Assembly: GCF_000315625.1 (NCBI RefSeq) | Contig: NW_005434638.1 | Location: forward strand, 313,300 to 377,299 | Length of the DNA: 64,000 nt | Origin: Guillardia theta CCMP2712 | Taxonomy: Eukaryota; Protista; Cryptophyta | Direction of reading: 5' to 3' | In this document: positions 31,901-45,192 of the stretch, piece by piece | Layout: each line of letters opens with the position of its first letter | Numbering within the stretch: the stretch's first letter is position 1 | Position numbers and translations under genes: made by a program | The notes under the pieces: model-generated | What the model saw: only the letters and a program-made list of their open reading frames with translations | Database searches by the model: none | What the model was told of the DNA's origin: nothing

Positions 31901-34900
31901 ACCCCGGGCTCAAGGATCGTCACTGGGAGCAGATGTCAGCAGAGCTGGGATTCGAGCTGAAGCTGGGAAAGACGCTGAAGAACCTGCAGGACGTGATCGC
32001 CCTCGACCTGCATGCCCAGCAGGAGAAGATCGTCAAGATCTGCGAGACGGCGGCCAAGGAGTACTCGATCGAGGCGGCGCTCAACAAGATGCAGAACGAG
32101 TGGGAGCATGTGGAGTTCGAGATCATGCCGTACCGCGAGACCGGCTCCTTCGTGCTCAAGGGGTCGGACGATATCCAGCAGATGCTTGATGACAACATCG
32201 TCATGGCGCAGGCCATGAGCTTCTCCCCCTTCAAGAAGCCTCACGCCGAGAGGCTCGAAGCCTGGGCCCAGAAGCTCAACATGATGTCGGAGATTCTAGA
32301 GCAGTGGCTCAACTGCCAGAGGTCCGCTATTTGCTCTTCCTCCTTCTTCCTCCTTCCTCCTTCCTCCTTCCTCCTTCCTCCTTCCTCCTTCCTCCTTCCT
32401 CCTCTGACAGAGCTTGACCTCTGGTGGCAGGAATTGGATGTACCTAGAGCCAATCTTCAGCTCTGACGACATCATGAAGCAGCTGCCGTCGGAGGGTCAG
32501 AAGTTCAAGGCCTGCGACCGGCAGTGGAGAAAGTACATGAAGATGGCAGCCGATGACCCCAACGCCCTTCGCTTCACCGACACGCCTGACCTCCTCGGGA
32601 TTTTCATGCAGGCCTACCTCACGCTCGAGCAGGTACAGAAGGGTCTGTCGGACTACCTCGAGACCAAAAGGCAGGCGTTCGCTCGCTTCTACTTCCTCAG
32701 CAATGAGGAGCTGCTCGAGATCCTGTCACAGACTAAAGACCCGCGGGCAGTCCAGCCACACCTGCGCAAGTGCTTCGAGGCCGTGGACCGAGTCACGTTC
32801 GAGGAGGACCTGGCCATGACGTCCATGTGGTCGGGGGAGGGAGAGAACGTCGTGTGGGACGGGAAGGTGTACCCTGAGGGGAACGTGGAGTTCTGGCTGA
32901 CCGACGTCGAGAGGATGATGCGCATGTCCATCAACACGCAGGTAGGATACTCGGTGGAGGACTATGCCAAGGAGAGCCGCCCGGTGTGGGTCCTCAAGTG
33001 GCCGGGCCAGATCATCCTGGCGTGCGACCAGATCTACTGGACGAGGGAGACGGAGGAGGCGATCAAGAAGCTACAGCTGAAGGAGTACCACGAGCAGTGC
33101 CATCAGCAGCTCCTGGACGTGACGAAGCTCGTCAGGACTGATCTGAGCAAGATGCAGAGGGTCTCCCTCGGCGCCCTCGTGACCCTCGATGTCCATGGCA
33201 GAGACGTCGTGGAGAACCTGCACAAGGTTGGCGTCCAGTCCACCAGAGACTTCGAGTGGTCCGCCCAGCTGAGGTACTACTGGGAGAAGAGCTCGGAGGG
33301 ATTCAGCGGCGACTTTGGGAGCTTCGTGGTGCAGGTGGAGAACAGGTTCCGCTACGGCTGCGAGTACCTGGGGAACAGCATGAGGCTCGTCGTCACTCCC
33401 CTCACCGACAGGATCTACCTCACCCTTACCGGGGCCCTCGGCATGGCACTCGGCGGGGCTCCGGCAGGGCCAGCAGGGACCGGGAAGACGGAGACGACCA
33501 AGGACCTCGCCAAGGCGCTGGCGAAGCAGTGCATCGTGTTCAACTGCCAGGAGGGGATGGACTACATCATGGTGGGGAAGTTCTTCAAGGGGCTGGCCAT
33601 GTCCGGGGCATGGGCCTGCTTCGACGAGTTCAACAGGATCAACATCGAAGTGCTCTCCGTCATCGCCCAGCAGCTGCTCACCATCAACCAGGCCATCGTC
33701 AACAAGCTGGAGCGGTTCGTGTTCGAGGGGGTGGAGATCTCGCTGAACCCGGAGAACGCTTCCTTCATCACCATGAACCCGGGCTACGCGGGGAGGACCG
33801 AGCTGCCCGACAACCTCAAGGTTCTCTTCCGCCCAGTCGCCTGCATGGTCCCCAACTACGCTCTCATCGGGGAGATCCGCCTCTTCTCCTTCGGCTTCCA
33901 GGACCCGAGGAACCTGGCGGAGAAGATGGTGAATTGCTTCAAGCTCTCTTCAGAGCAGCTCTCCTCCCAGGACCACTATGACTTCGGCATGCGAGCAGTC
34001 AACACTGTCATCTCCGCCGCCGGGCTCAACAAACGCAGCCAGCCGGACGCAGACGAGGGCATCCTTATGCTCCGCGCGCTCAAGGACTCGAACCTGCCCA
34101 AGTTCCTGACGGACGATATCGTGCTCTTCAGCGGTATCATCTCGGATCTCTTCCCCGGCGTGAAGCTGCCGGATCCCGACTACGGCTCGTTGATGGAGCA
34201 GATGAAGTTGACTACAGCTGAGATGGGCCTGCAGTGTGTTCCTAACTTCATGACCAAGGCAATCCAGTTCTACGACGTCACCGTCCTCCGCCACGGACTC
34301 ATGACTGTCGGGCCCACCGGAGGAGGAAAGACTTGCTGCAAGAACATGCTGGCCAAGGCACTGACGATGCTCAAGAAGAATCAGGACGAGTACTACGAGG
34401 TCAGGCAGCTGATCATGAACCCCAAGTCCATCACCATGGGTCAGCTCTACGGCAGCTTCGACGAGGCTACTCACGAGTGGTCGGACGGCATCCTATGCAA
34501 GCTCTTCAGGGAGGCCGTCTACGACACCAGCGAGAAGCAGAAGTGGGTTGTCTTCGACGGGCCGGTTGACGCGCTCTGGATCGAGTCGATGAACACCGTG
34601 CTCGACGAGAACAAGAAGCTGTGCCTGGTCAGCGGGGAGATCATCACCATGACGTCATGGATGAGGATGGTGTTCGAGGTCGAGGACCTCTCCGTAGCCT
34701 CCCCCGCTACCGTCAGCCGCGTCGGCATCATCTACGTTGAGCCCAGCTCGTCCGTCGGCACTGCCGCCATGGTGACCTCCTGGCTCCAGACCCTCCCCGA
34801 GGCCGTCAGGCCGATGGAGAAGCAGCTCAAGACCCTGTTCGACCAGATGCTGGACGAGGCGCTGGACTTCCATCGAAGGAACCTGAGCAGCTTCGTCAAG

Positions 34901-37900
34901 ACGGTCGAGCCCAACCTGTGGCGTTCGGTGCTCAACGTGCTCGACGGCTTCCTCAAGGAGTACAACGTGATGGAGGGGCAGGCGGTGGACCCTGAGAGGC
35001 TGGAAGCTCTCAAGACCAACATCGAGCCGATCTTCCTCTTCTCCATCATCTGGGGCATCGGAGGGGCCCTGGACGCGCCGAGCAAGCTCAAGTTTGACCA
35101 GTGGATGAGGGGAAAGAAGAACTTCCCAGCCAAGAAGACCGTCTTCGACTACGCCTACGACACCCAGCAGTGCAAGTGGAAGGGATGGATGGAGACTATT
35201 GAGCAGGCTCCCATAGACCCCAGGAAGTCCTTCTCCGAGCTCATCGTTCAGACCCCCGAGTCCGTCAGCTACGCGTTCATGATCGAGCACATCTGCTCTC
35301 AGATGAAGCACGTCCTCTGCATCGGCCCCACGGGCACCGGCAAGACGCTGGTGGTAAAGCAGAAGCTGATGAAGGGGATGGACCCTTCGGTCTACAGCCC
35401 CATCTTCGTCACCTTCTCCGCTCAGACCACCGCCAACCAGACGCAGGACATCTTGGACGGCAAGTTTGACAAGCGGAGGAAGGGAGTGTTCGGCCCTCCC
35501 GCAGGGAAGAAGTTCACCATCTTTGTCGACGATACCAACATGCCTCTGAGGGAGCAGTACTTCGCCCAGCCCCCCATCGAGCTCCTGCGGCAGTGGATGG
35601 ACCATGGCGGCTGGTATGACAGGAAGACTCATCAGTTCTGCCAGATCATCGACGTCATGTTCGTAGGAGCCATGGGTCCCCCGGGAGGCGGGCGCCAACC
35701 CGTGACCAACAGGTTCCTCAGGCACTTCAACCATGTTTCCTTCCCCGACATGAACGACGACAGTTTGCGTCTTATCTTCCGAACCATCTTTGCTGCCCAC
35801 CTGGAGACCTTCTTTCCGCCCAAAATGAAGGCCCTCCTGGACCCGATCTGCGAGGCTTCGCTCGACCTCTACAACAACTGCCTCAAGTCGCTGCTGCCCA
35901 CCCCCGCCAAGTCGCACTACACCTTCAACCTGAGGGACCTGGCCAAGATTTTTCAGGGGATCATGATGGCAGATAGCAAGAAGATCGGGGAGGACGAGGG
36001 GATGGTTATCCGCCTTTGGGTCCATGAGTGCACTCGTATCCTCAGGGATCGCCTGACCGACACCCCGGACAGAGAATGGTTCGACGACCTCGTCGTTGAC
36101 TTGGTCAGCCTCTCCTGCTCCGCCCCCTCCTCCCCCCTTTCTATCTAAATTCTCCTCCTTCCTCATCATTGCTTTCTTTCTCCTCCCCTCCTCCTCCATC
36201 CCCCCACCCACCACCACCTCCTCCTCCTCCTCCTGTCTCCACCCCAGTTCCTCTTGCTCGTCCTCTTGCTCTTCTCCTCCCTCCCCCGCATCTAGATTCT
36301 CTTTCTACATCTCCCTCTCCCTCCACCATTGCTCCATTCTTCGGAGATCTTCTACTTGCCGTCCTCTCCTCTCCTCTACTTGTCGTGTCTCGTCGGTCTC
36401 TGCTCACCGTCTCCTTCCACAGGTCAAGACGACATTCACAAAAGATTGGTCGAAAATCAGAGTATGCGAGCGCTGCATCTGGGGTGAGACGACTTTGTCC
36501 TATCCTATCCTGTCCTGTCCTGTCCTGTCCTGTCCTGTCCTGTCCTGTCCTGTCCTGTCCTGTCCTGTCCTGTCCTGTCCTGTCCTGTCCTGTCCTTGTT
36601 GCTTTGCCCTCCCCTGCTTATTTCCGTCTCCTCTCCATTGCTTGCGTCTGCTCACTTCTTCCCTGCAGGAGACTACATGGTTCCTGGAGCTGATCCAAGG
36701 ATGTACGTCGAAGTTCAGGACCTCGCGCTGCTGAGGAGAACGATGGAAGGATATCTGGAAGAGTTCAACGTGTTGACCAACAAGCCCATGAAGCTGGTGA
36801 GAAGGATGGGAACTTGACTGAAATTATTCTCTCCTCTTCCGGGAATTTGACGGAAAAATTATCTCTATCTCAGTCGTATTTCATCATCATCATCATCATC
36901 ATCTCCTCCTCCTCCTCCTCCTCCTCCTCCTCCTCCTCCTCCTCCTCCTTCTATTACTCCCTCTACACCTCCTCGTCTCTCGCACATGTTGTCTTTAGCT
37001 CTCTTCCTCACATAAGTACAGGTTCTCTTTCTCGATGCCATCGAGCACGTGTCAAGGATCTCAAGGATTCTTCGTCAGCCTCGCAGCAACGCTCTGCTGT
37101 TGGGAGTGGGAGGAAGCGGCAGGCAGAGCTTAACTGTAAGAGAGGATCATGACGACGATACTCTTGCCCTTGCCCTTGCCCTTGCCCTTGCCCTTGCCCT
37201 TGCCCTTGCCCTTGCCCTTGCCCTTGCCCTTGCCCTTGCCCTTGCCCTTGCCCTTGCCCTTGCCCTCGCTCTCGCTCTCGCTCTCGCTCTCGCTCTCGCT
37301 CTCGCTCTCGCTCTCGCTGGTTCTCACGGTGTTCTCCAGCGAGTCGCAGCCTTCTGCGCGAGCATGGACTGCACTCAGATCGAGATCGCCAAGGGCTACG
37401 GGAAGAACGAGTGGAGGGAGGACATCAAGAAGATTTTGCTAAGGGCTGGAAAGGACGGAAAGCCAACGGTCTTCCTCTTCACAGACACTCAGATAGTGAT
37501 GGAATCATTCTTAGAGGTACCTCTTGCTCCTCCTCCTCCTCCTCCTCCTCCTCCTCCTCCTCCTCCTCTGTTCCTCTCCTCCTCCTTGACCCCCTAGTCC
37601 TTCCTCTCCTCCTCTCCTCCTCCTCCCTTCTACATCCCTCCTCGCCTGTTCTCATCCCTCCCTCAGGACCTCAACAACATCCTCAACTCAGGAGAAGTCC
37701 CCAACATCTTCGACATGGCGGATCAGGATCAGATCATGATGTCCATCCGATCCATCTGCCAGGCCGAAGGCATTCCCCTCACGAAGCAGAACATGTACGA
37801 AAGGTTCTTAGTCCGCATACAGGCCAACCTCCACCTCGTCCTCGCCTTCTCGCCCGTCGGCAACTCCTTCAGGAACAGACTGCGGCAGTTCCCCAGCCTC

Positions 37901-40900
37901 GTCACCTGCTGCACCATCGACTGGTTCACCGAGTGGCCGGCGGAGGCGCTGCGGGGAGTCGCGAGCGAATCGTTTGCGGAGATCGAGTTCCCGTCGCAGG
38001 AGGTCAAGGATGGGATCATATCCATCTGCCGGGACATTCACCAGGGGGTCGAGGAGGCGTCGCATCGATACGCGGAGGAGATGAGGAGATACAACTATGT
38101 TACTCCCAGCTCCTACCTGGAGCTCCTGACCACCTTCAAGAAGGTGCTGAAGGAGAAGAGGGAGGAGATCGGGACGGCGAAGAGGAGGCTCTCGGTCGGG
38201 CTGGACAAGTTGATATCGACGGAGAAGGACGTCGAGACGATGAAGCAGGACCTGATTGAGCTCCGTCCCATCCTGGAGAAGACGACGCAGGAAACCGAAG
38301 AGCTCATGGTCACGATCGAGAAGGACAAGATCAGTGCTGCGGAGACCAAGGCCGTGGTGGAGGTGGAGGAGGCAGCGGCTGCCAAGAAAGCGGCCGAGTG
38401 CAAGGAGATCAAAGACTCGGCTGAGGCCGGGCTGGCGGAGGCTCTGCCAGCCCTCGACGAGGCGGTGGCGGTCCTGAAGAACCTGAAGCTCTCGGACATC
38501 AGCGAGGTCGCCAAGTACTCGAACCCTCCCGCCCTCGTCAAGCTCGTCCTCGAGTCCCTCTGCATTATGTTCCAGATCGCTCCTGCCAAGGTCGGAGAGG
38601 CAGGCAAGAAGGTCGACGACTACTGGCCTCCTGGCAAGAAGCTGCTGGGAGACGCCAAGGGCCTTCTGGACAGCATGTTTGACTACGACAAGGATCACAT
38701 ACCGGACAAGGTGATTAAGAGAATCGAGCCGTTCATGGTCAACCCGGACTTCGAGCCCAACAAGATCTCCAGCGTCTCCAAGGCCTGCACTGCCATGTGC
38801 CAGTGGACCCGCGCCATGTACACCTACCACGAGGTTGCGCTGCAGGTGGAACCCAAAAGAATCGCGCTGGCCAAAGCGGAGGAGGAGCTGAAGATCGTAG
38901 AGGGGAAGCTACACGTGCTGCAGGCACAGCTGAAGGAGGTGATGGACCGCCTGGCCCACCTGGACGAGAAGTTCCAGGAGTCGATGCACAAGAAGGAGGA
39001 GCTAGCAAACAAGGCGGAGGACTGCCGGGTCAAGATGGACAGAGCAGATCGCCTGCTCGGGGGCCTCGGGGGGGAGAAGGTTCGCTGGTCGGAGACTGTG
39101 GTGAAGTTTTCCCACATGATGGACAACGTCATCGGGGACGTGGTGGTGGCTGCCGGGGGCATCGCGTACCTGGGCGCGTTCGTTGCCTCGTACAGGGAGG
39201 AGCAGGAGAAGTTCTGGTCGGAAAAGCTCAAGGAGTACGGCATCCAGCTGACAGCAGGAGCCGGAGTGCGCAGCACGCTCGCCGATCCCGTGCAGATCCG
39301 AGCATGGAACATCAGCGGGCTGCCGACCGACGTGTCGTCCATCGAGAACGCCATCATCCTCAGCAAGTCTCGCCGCTGGTCGCTGATGATCGACCCGCAA
39401 GGGCAGGCGAACAAGTGGATCAAGAACATGCAGAAGGGCAAGGGCCTGGAGGTCATCAAGCTCTCCGAGAAGGAGTTCCTCCGCACCCTCACCAACGCCG
39501 TGCGCTTTGGCAAACCCGTGCTGCTGGAGAATGTCGGGGAGGAGCTGGATCCCTCCCTGGAGCCCATCCTGGCGAAGCAGATCTTCATGCTCGGGGGTGT
39601 GGAGATGATCAAGATAGGAGATGAGACGCTGGAGTACAACCCGGACTTTTCCTTCTTCATCACCAGCAAGCTCCCCAACCCTCACTACTCCCCTGAGACC
39701 TGCGTCAAGGTCACCCTCCTCAACTTCACCGTCAACCAGTCCGGGCTCGAGGATCAGATTCTCGGCATCGTGGTGGGGAAGGAGCGCCCCGACCTTCAGG
39801 AAGCGAAGAACCAGCTCGTGATCTCCATGGCGGAGATGCGGAAGACGCAGAAGGAGCTGGAGGACAAGATCCTAAAGCTGCTCGCGGAGTCTGAGGGCGA
39901 CATCCTAGCAGACGAGAACCTGATCGTGATCCTGGGGGAGGCCAAGGTGACATCAGACGAGATCGCAGTGAAGGTGGCGGAGGCGGAGAAGACTGAGAAG
40001 GAGATCGACGAGACGAGGGGCAAGTACCGGCCGACGGCCTTCCGAGGCTCCATCCTCTTCTTCTGTGTGGCGGATCTTGCGGCGGTTGACTCCATGTACC
40101 AGTACTCCCTCCAGTGGTTCCTCCAGCTGTTCGAGTCCGGCCTTGAGAACTCCCCGCCAGCAGAGGAGATTGCTGAGAGGTGCAGGAACGTCAACGAGTT
40201 CTTCACCTTCTCACTCTACAAGAACATCTGCCGCGGGCTGTTCGAGAAGGACAAGCTCCTCTTCTCCTTCATCCTCTGCATGAAGATCATGCAAGGCGAC
40301 AACCGCATCGACGCCGCCGAGCTGAGGTTCTTGCTGGCAGGGGCCACCAGCAACGAGCCGCACATCGCGAACCCAGCCAAGGAGTGGCTGGTGGACAGCT
40401 CCTGGAACGACATCTCAGGCTTGTCAAAGTTGTCAAAGTTCCCGGAGTTTGACGTTGAGTTCTCGTCCCGGGTGTCCGAGTGGAAGGCTTTCTTCGACTC
40501 CAACACGTGCTATAAGGACCCTCTCCCCGGCCAGTGGGACTCCTCCCTCTCCACCTTCCAGAAGCTCCTCGTGCTCCGTTGCCTGAGGCAGGACAAGATA
40601 CAGGACGCCATCATGGGGTTCGTCACGGAAGAGATGGGAGAGAAGGTAAGGCTTGCTGCTTCTTCTTCCTCGCGCTGACTTGCTTCCGCCCTCCTCCAGT
40701 TCATTGAGCCTCCTCCCTTCAACCTTCCCCTCGCCTTCGACGACTCTCTTTCCACCGTCCCGTTGATCTTCATCCTCTCCACAGGGGCAGACCCGACCAT
40801 GGCGCTCCTCTCTTTCGCACAGAGCAAGGGCTTTAGCGAGCGCCTCGAGTCGATCTCCCTGGGACAGGGCCAGGGCCCCATAGCCGAGAAGAAGCTCGCG

Positions 40901-42544
40901 GCCTCGACCAAGAGCGGCTCCTGGCTCCTCCTACAGAACTGCCACCTGGCGGTCAGCTGGATGCCGAGGATGGAAGCGATAGTCGACGGCTTTGACCCCA
41001 ACTCTCTGCACCCTGACTTCCGGCTCTGGCTCACTGCCATGCCCTCCCCCCAGTTCCCCGTGGCTGTGCTTCAGAACGCGGTCAAGATGACGTTGGAGCC
41101 GCCCAAGGGGCTCAAGGCGAACATGATGGGCTCGTTTCAGAACTTCAGCGACGAGTTCTTCGAATCCTGCCAGAAGCCGGACGTGTTCAAGAAGCTCGTC
41201 TTCTCCCTCTGCTGGTTCCATGCTGTGATGCAGGAGCGCAGGAAGTTCGGACCCCTCGGCTGGAACATCTCCTACGACTTCTCCAACTCGGACCGAGACA
41301 TCTGCCTCGGCCAGCTCCAGATCTTCCTCGACAAGTACGAGGAGATCCCCTTCAAGGTCATCTTTCAGCTCTCCGGCGACGTCAACTACGGCGGCAGGGT
41401 GACCGACGACTGGGACCGCAGGACCATGAACACGCTCCTCGCCGGCTACATCTGCCCAGCTGCCCTCCAGGACGGCTACCAGTTCTCAGCTGACCCCAGC
41501 TACTGCCAACCCCAGGCCTCCTCCTTTTCCGACTACCTCGAGTGTCTCCAGTCCTGGCCCCTCCAACCGAGCCCGGAGGCCTTCGGCCTGCACGAGAACG
41601 CCGACATCACTTGCGCGCAGAACGAGGTCCGAGCGCTCTTCGAGAACGTCCTCGCGCTGCAGCCCAGGGTCTCCTCGGGGAGTGGGATGAGCAGGGACGA
41701 GACGATAGACATGATCGCTGAGAACATGCTGAACAAGCTCCCCAGCCCCTGGCTGCTGCTCGACGTGCAGAAGCAGTACCCGGTCATGTACGAGGAGTCG
41801 ATGAACACGGTGCTACAGCAGGAGTGCATACGCTACAACAACCTGCTGGTGACCATGAAGGCGACGCTCTCCGACGTCAGGAAGGCGCTCAAGGGCCTCG
41901 TGGTGATGTCTGCCGAGCTCGACGCGCTGGCTACCTCCCTGTTCAACAACCAGGTCCCTGGCGCATGGGAGTCGAAGGCGTACCCGAGCATGAAGCCTCT
42001 CGCGCTCTGGCAGGAGGACCTTCACAAGCGATGTTCCTTCATCCAGCTGTGGATCGACGAGGGGATCCCCGTCACCTTCTGGATCAGCGGCTTCTTCTTC
42101 CCCCAGGCCTTTCTGACGGCCATCTTGCAGAACTTTGCGAGGAAGCAGCAGATCGGTATCGACACCATCAGCCTGGACTTCGTCAACCAGACGGTGGAGC
42201 ACACCAGCATCTCCACGAAGCCTGAGAACGGCGCCGTCGTGTGGGGACTCTTCCTGGAGGGATGCAGGTGGGACATCTCTCAGAACAGTCTCATCGAGTC
42301 TAGACCAAAGGAGCTTTTCACCAGCTACGTTCCCATCCTCCTCCTGCCCATCCAGCATCGTCCGAAGCCGAATCCTGCGACGACGCTCATGTGCCCCTGC
42401 TACAAGATCCTGACGAGGAAAGGCGTCCTGTCAACCACCGGGCACTCGACAAACTTCGTGACGACCATCGAGGTCCCTACCAACACAGCACCCGAGCACT
42501 GGGTGAAGAGAGGAGTCGCATTGTTCCTTGCTCTTGCTTACTAG
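28916..42544 (+). CDS. DNAH1: Axonemal inner-arm dynein heavy chain (DNAH1-like); 5' end uncertain, possibly an extra exon near 28640-28822
   Basis: N-terminal VPRHRVLLLDENPRLFA..LRYNIYAENMP resembles DNAH1; LRNPGLKDRHW; WMYLEPIFSS; AAA1 GPAGTGKTETTKDL and WACFDEFNRI; AAA2 GPTGGGKT; AAA3 GPTGTGKT; AAA4 GVGGSGRQS; stalk/MTBD; C-terminal GVLSTTGHSTNFV..HWVKRGVAL. Confidence 0.93.
36496..36595 (+). repeat. (TGTCC)n pentanucleotide microsatellite in a dynein intron
   Basis: About 17 perfect units preceded by two TATCC variants. Confidence 0.95.
37161..37318 (+). repeat. (TTGCCC)n switching to (TCGCTC)n hexamer array in a dynein intron (37136-37339)
   Basis: Seen directly in the sequence. Confidence 0.95.
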
Positions 42545-43235
42545 CATGCGTGAGGGTACTGTACGGCTACTTGCTGCTGCTGCTGCTGCTGCTGCTTCCT
42601 CCCTTCTCATCCTCTTCCTCTCTCCTCGAGCATTTCTTGTTTCATACTCAGTTTGTTCTACAAGGACCCTACCCCCTAAGGGATCTCACACTACCCCCAT
42701 TCTGGTAAATCGGTGAAAGTAAATTCGTAGTATCCCACCAGTATAGACATAGTACCCCACCCCACCCTTCCCCTGTATAATAAGTTTGGCGCCAGCAGTG
42801 TGAGGGGCTCATGCGCGGGTAGGGAGGAGAGGAGAGGAGAGGAGAGGAGAGGAGAGGAGAGGAGAGGAGAGGAGAGGAACAGAGATAGAGAGGACAGAGA
42901 TAGAGCAGGACAGAGAGACTTCACGAGTAGACAAGAAGAGACAATAGTGAGAAGAAATACAGAGAGTGCAGACAAGTTGAACAGGACGGATAGCAGAAGG
43001 GAGGGGAAAGATTGAAGACATAAAGCACATCATAGGGAGTAGACTTCGGAGTGAGCTGAGAGCGGAAGATCGGTCCAGCAAGAGCCTTTGGAGAAGTTGA
43101 AACCAGCCATCATCCTTGATCGAGACGAGACTAGCAGAGGCAAACAACTCTTTCCACCATCCTCCTGATTCAGGTATGAGATTTCCGTGCCTTGCCCACT
43201 ACAGGAACTGATTGGGCTCCACCAACTACGACAGA

Positions 43236-43963
43236 ATGAGCAGCCTGGAAGAATTGAAGGATGCGCTAAGGGACACTCTGGCAGCACGAGGGACACTGGG
43301 CGATATCCAAGCAAGAATCAGAGCCGAGATCTTCAATGCACTCGAAGAATCTGTTCGTGTGCTACTGACCTCCCCATGGATGTGACTTGAGACTCGCAGG
43401 AGGAGGCGAAACCCGCTCTCTCGCACGAGAACCTCATCATCAACGAGCTGATCAGGGAGTACCTGGAGTACAACCACTACAAGCACACCCTGTCGGTGCT
43501 CGTCCCCGAGACTGGGCAGCCGATCGAGAAGATCAACAGGACGTTCTTAGTGCAGGTGCATAACTTTCAGATCTTATCTCAAGAGTGCTGACTGCAGGCT
43601 AGGAATTGGGAATGCGGGAAGACTCAAACTCAAGGCAGTTGCCAGTCCTCTACAACATTCTGGCGAGGTTGAAGCAGGAGAAAGGAGGGTTCAGAGCGTC
43701 TGCCCTCCCCGACTCCGCATCGATCAAGCCGTCCTCCTCTCACAGCTCTGGTGCGCTGGAGATCTCCGCACGGAGCAGAGAAGGCGGGAGTGCGAGGTAA
43801 GAGAGGGCAGAGGAGAAGTAGATGTTGATGTTGATGTTGATGTTGATGTTAATGTTGGGGCAGACAAGCTCTCACGTCGATGGCCAAGAGCTCGGAGTCA
43901 AGTGTAAGGGTGAGCACGGGAGACGTGAGGTCCCTTCATGACCCTCCTCCTCTCTACATGTAG
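43236..43963 (+). CDS. CEP20: LisH-domain centrosomal/basal-body protein FOR20 (FOPNL); 3' end uncertain
   Basis: MSSLEELKDALRDTLAARGTLGDIQARIRAEIFNALEES|EEAKPALSHENLIINELIREYLEYNHYKHTLSVLVPETGQP..|ELGMRED..LPVLYNIL. Confidence 0.88.
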
Positions 43964-44085
43964 GAAGGAGAGGAGACTTGAGTCAGGGGAGGGGATAAGA
44001 TCAGGGGTTAGTGCCATTGCGACATGTCGCTTTTAAAGATGTTATTTACAGCTATGTGACGACGGTGCTGGCTGCGACCTCAGCA

Positions 44086-44414
44086 TCACTCCGTCTTGAT
44101 CGTCTTGGCCTTGTCCTTGTCTCTCCCCAGCCTCGACTGCAGCCCCTCGAACCTCTCCTTGAGCACCCTAGACCTCTCCGAACGCTTTGGGACGTGGCTG
44201 GTCTCGAAAATGTTCTTGGTCTTGGGGGAGATCTCCAGGTCTTGAAGTGGGGAAGGAGCATCAGGGATCGTCATTGTGAGAAGGACGACGAAGATCCACA
44301 GGATCGCGTACTTGAACAAGCAGGAGACTGTGGCTAGCCCGTAGTAGTCTGCCGCCAGTCACATCAGGGAGGGGGGAGGGGTGGAAGTGGTGACCAGGAA
44401 GGGGAGGGAAGGAC

Positions 44415-44496
<82 letters not shown>

Positions 44497-44834
44497 GGGG
44501 CAACCTGAATTAGAAGCAAAGTAGGAGATGTTCGACTTGATCCATTCATCAGGGGTGTGCCATACCTGACACTGGACAGAACTGAGCACGAGTCAAACAC
44601 GAGAAGGCTGGGGAAGGTGCGCAGACCAGCAGACCAGCAGCAGGTCCCTGTAGTGCATGCCAGCCATGCCGAAGACCCATCCCTCTGTCACGTGTCGAAG
44701 GAACAAGCAGAAGCCTTGAGACAACCTAGGACAGCATCAGCGCTGCTGGTACGAGGAGCGGCACTCGCTCACAGCACAAAGATGGCCAGGTAGCAACTCA
44801 GCTCATACAAGATGCTCCTCGTGAACTCGAACAT
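44086..44834 (-). CDS. Small hypothetical two-TM membrane protein, multi-exon
   Basis: Hand-spliced MFEFTRSILYELSCYLAIFVLLSQGFCLFL..VWHTPDEWIKSNISYF..DYYGLATVSCLFKYAILWIFVVLLTMTIP.. with a basic tail. Consistent GT-AG introns, one containing (TGCTCC)n. Confidence 0.5.
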
Positions 44835-45192
44835 GCTCTTATCGCGCAGCCGCCAGGTGCGGGCAGGAGTGCGACGAGGACAAGCGCGGGGTGGGGGGGG
44901 CGACGAGAGTGCGGCAGAAGGGAGTGAGAGCAATGAGAAGGTGAGGACGAGGGGGAGGAGGAGGAGGAGGAGGAGGATCGGGAGGAGGAGGAGGAGGAGG
45001 AGGATCGGGAGGAGGAGGAGGAGGAGGAGGAGCAGCAGCAGCAGCAGCACAAGGAGCAGCACAAGGAGCAGCACAAGGAGCAGGAGCAGGAGCACAGGCC
45101 TTTCACAGGTTTCCATCAGCCTCGTCCCCTCTATGACCGCCGGGATAAGACCGTAGGACCATAGGGTGGGAGGCAGGCGAAGGCAGGTGACA

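Noticed and set aside
34655-36217. Long antisense ORFs opposite dynein (520 aa here; also 29721-30959 and 37808-38830) and opposite GST and SLC4
   Set aside because: These are shadow ORFs produced by strong C/G third-position bias; they carry no domain motifs.
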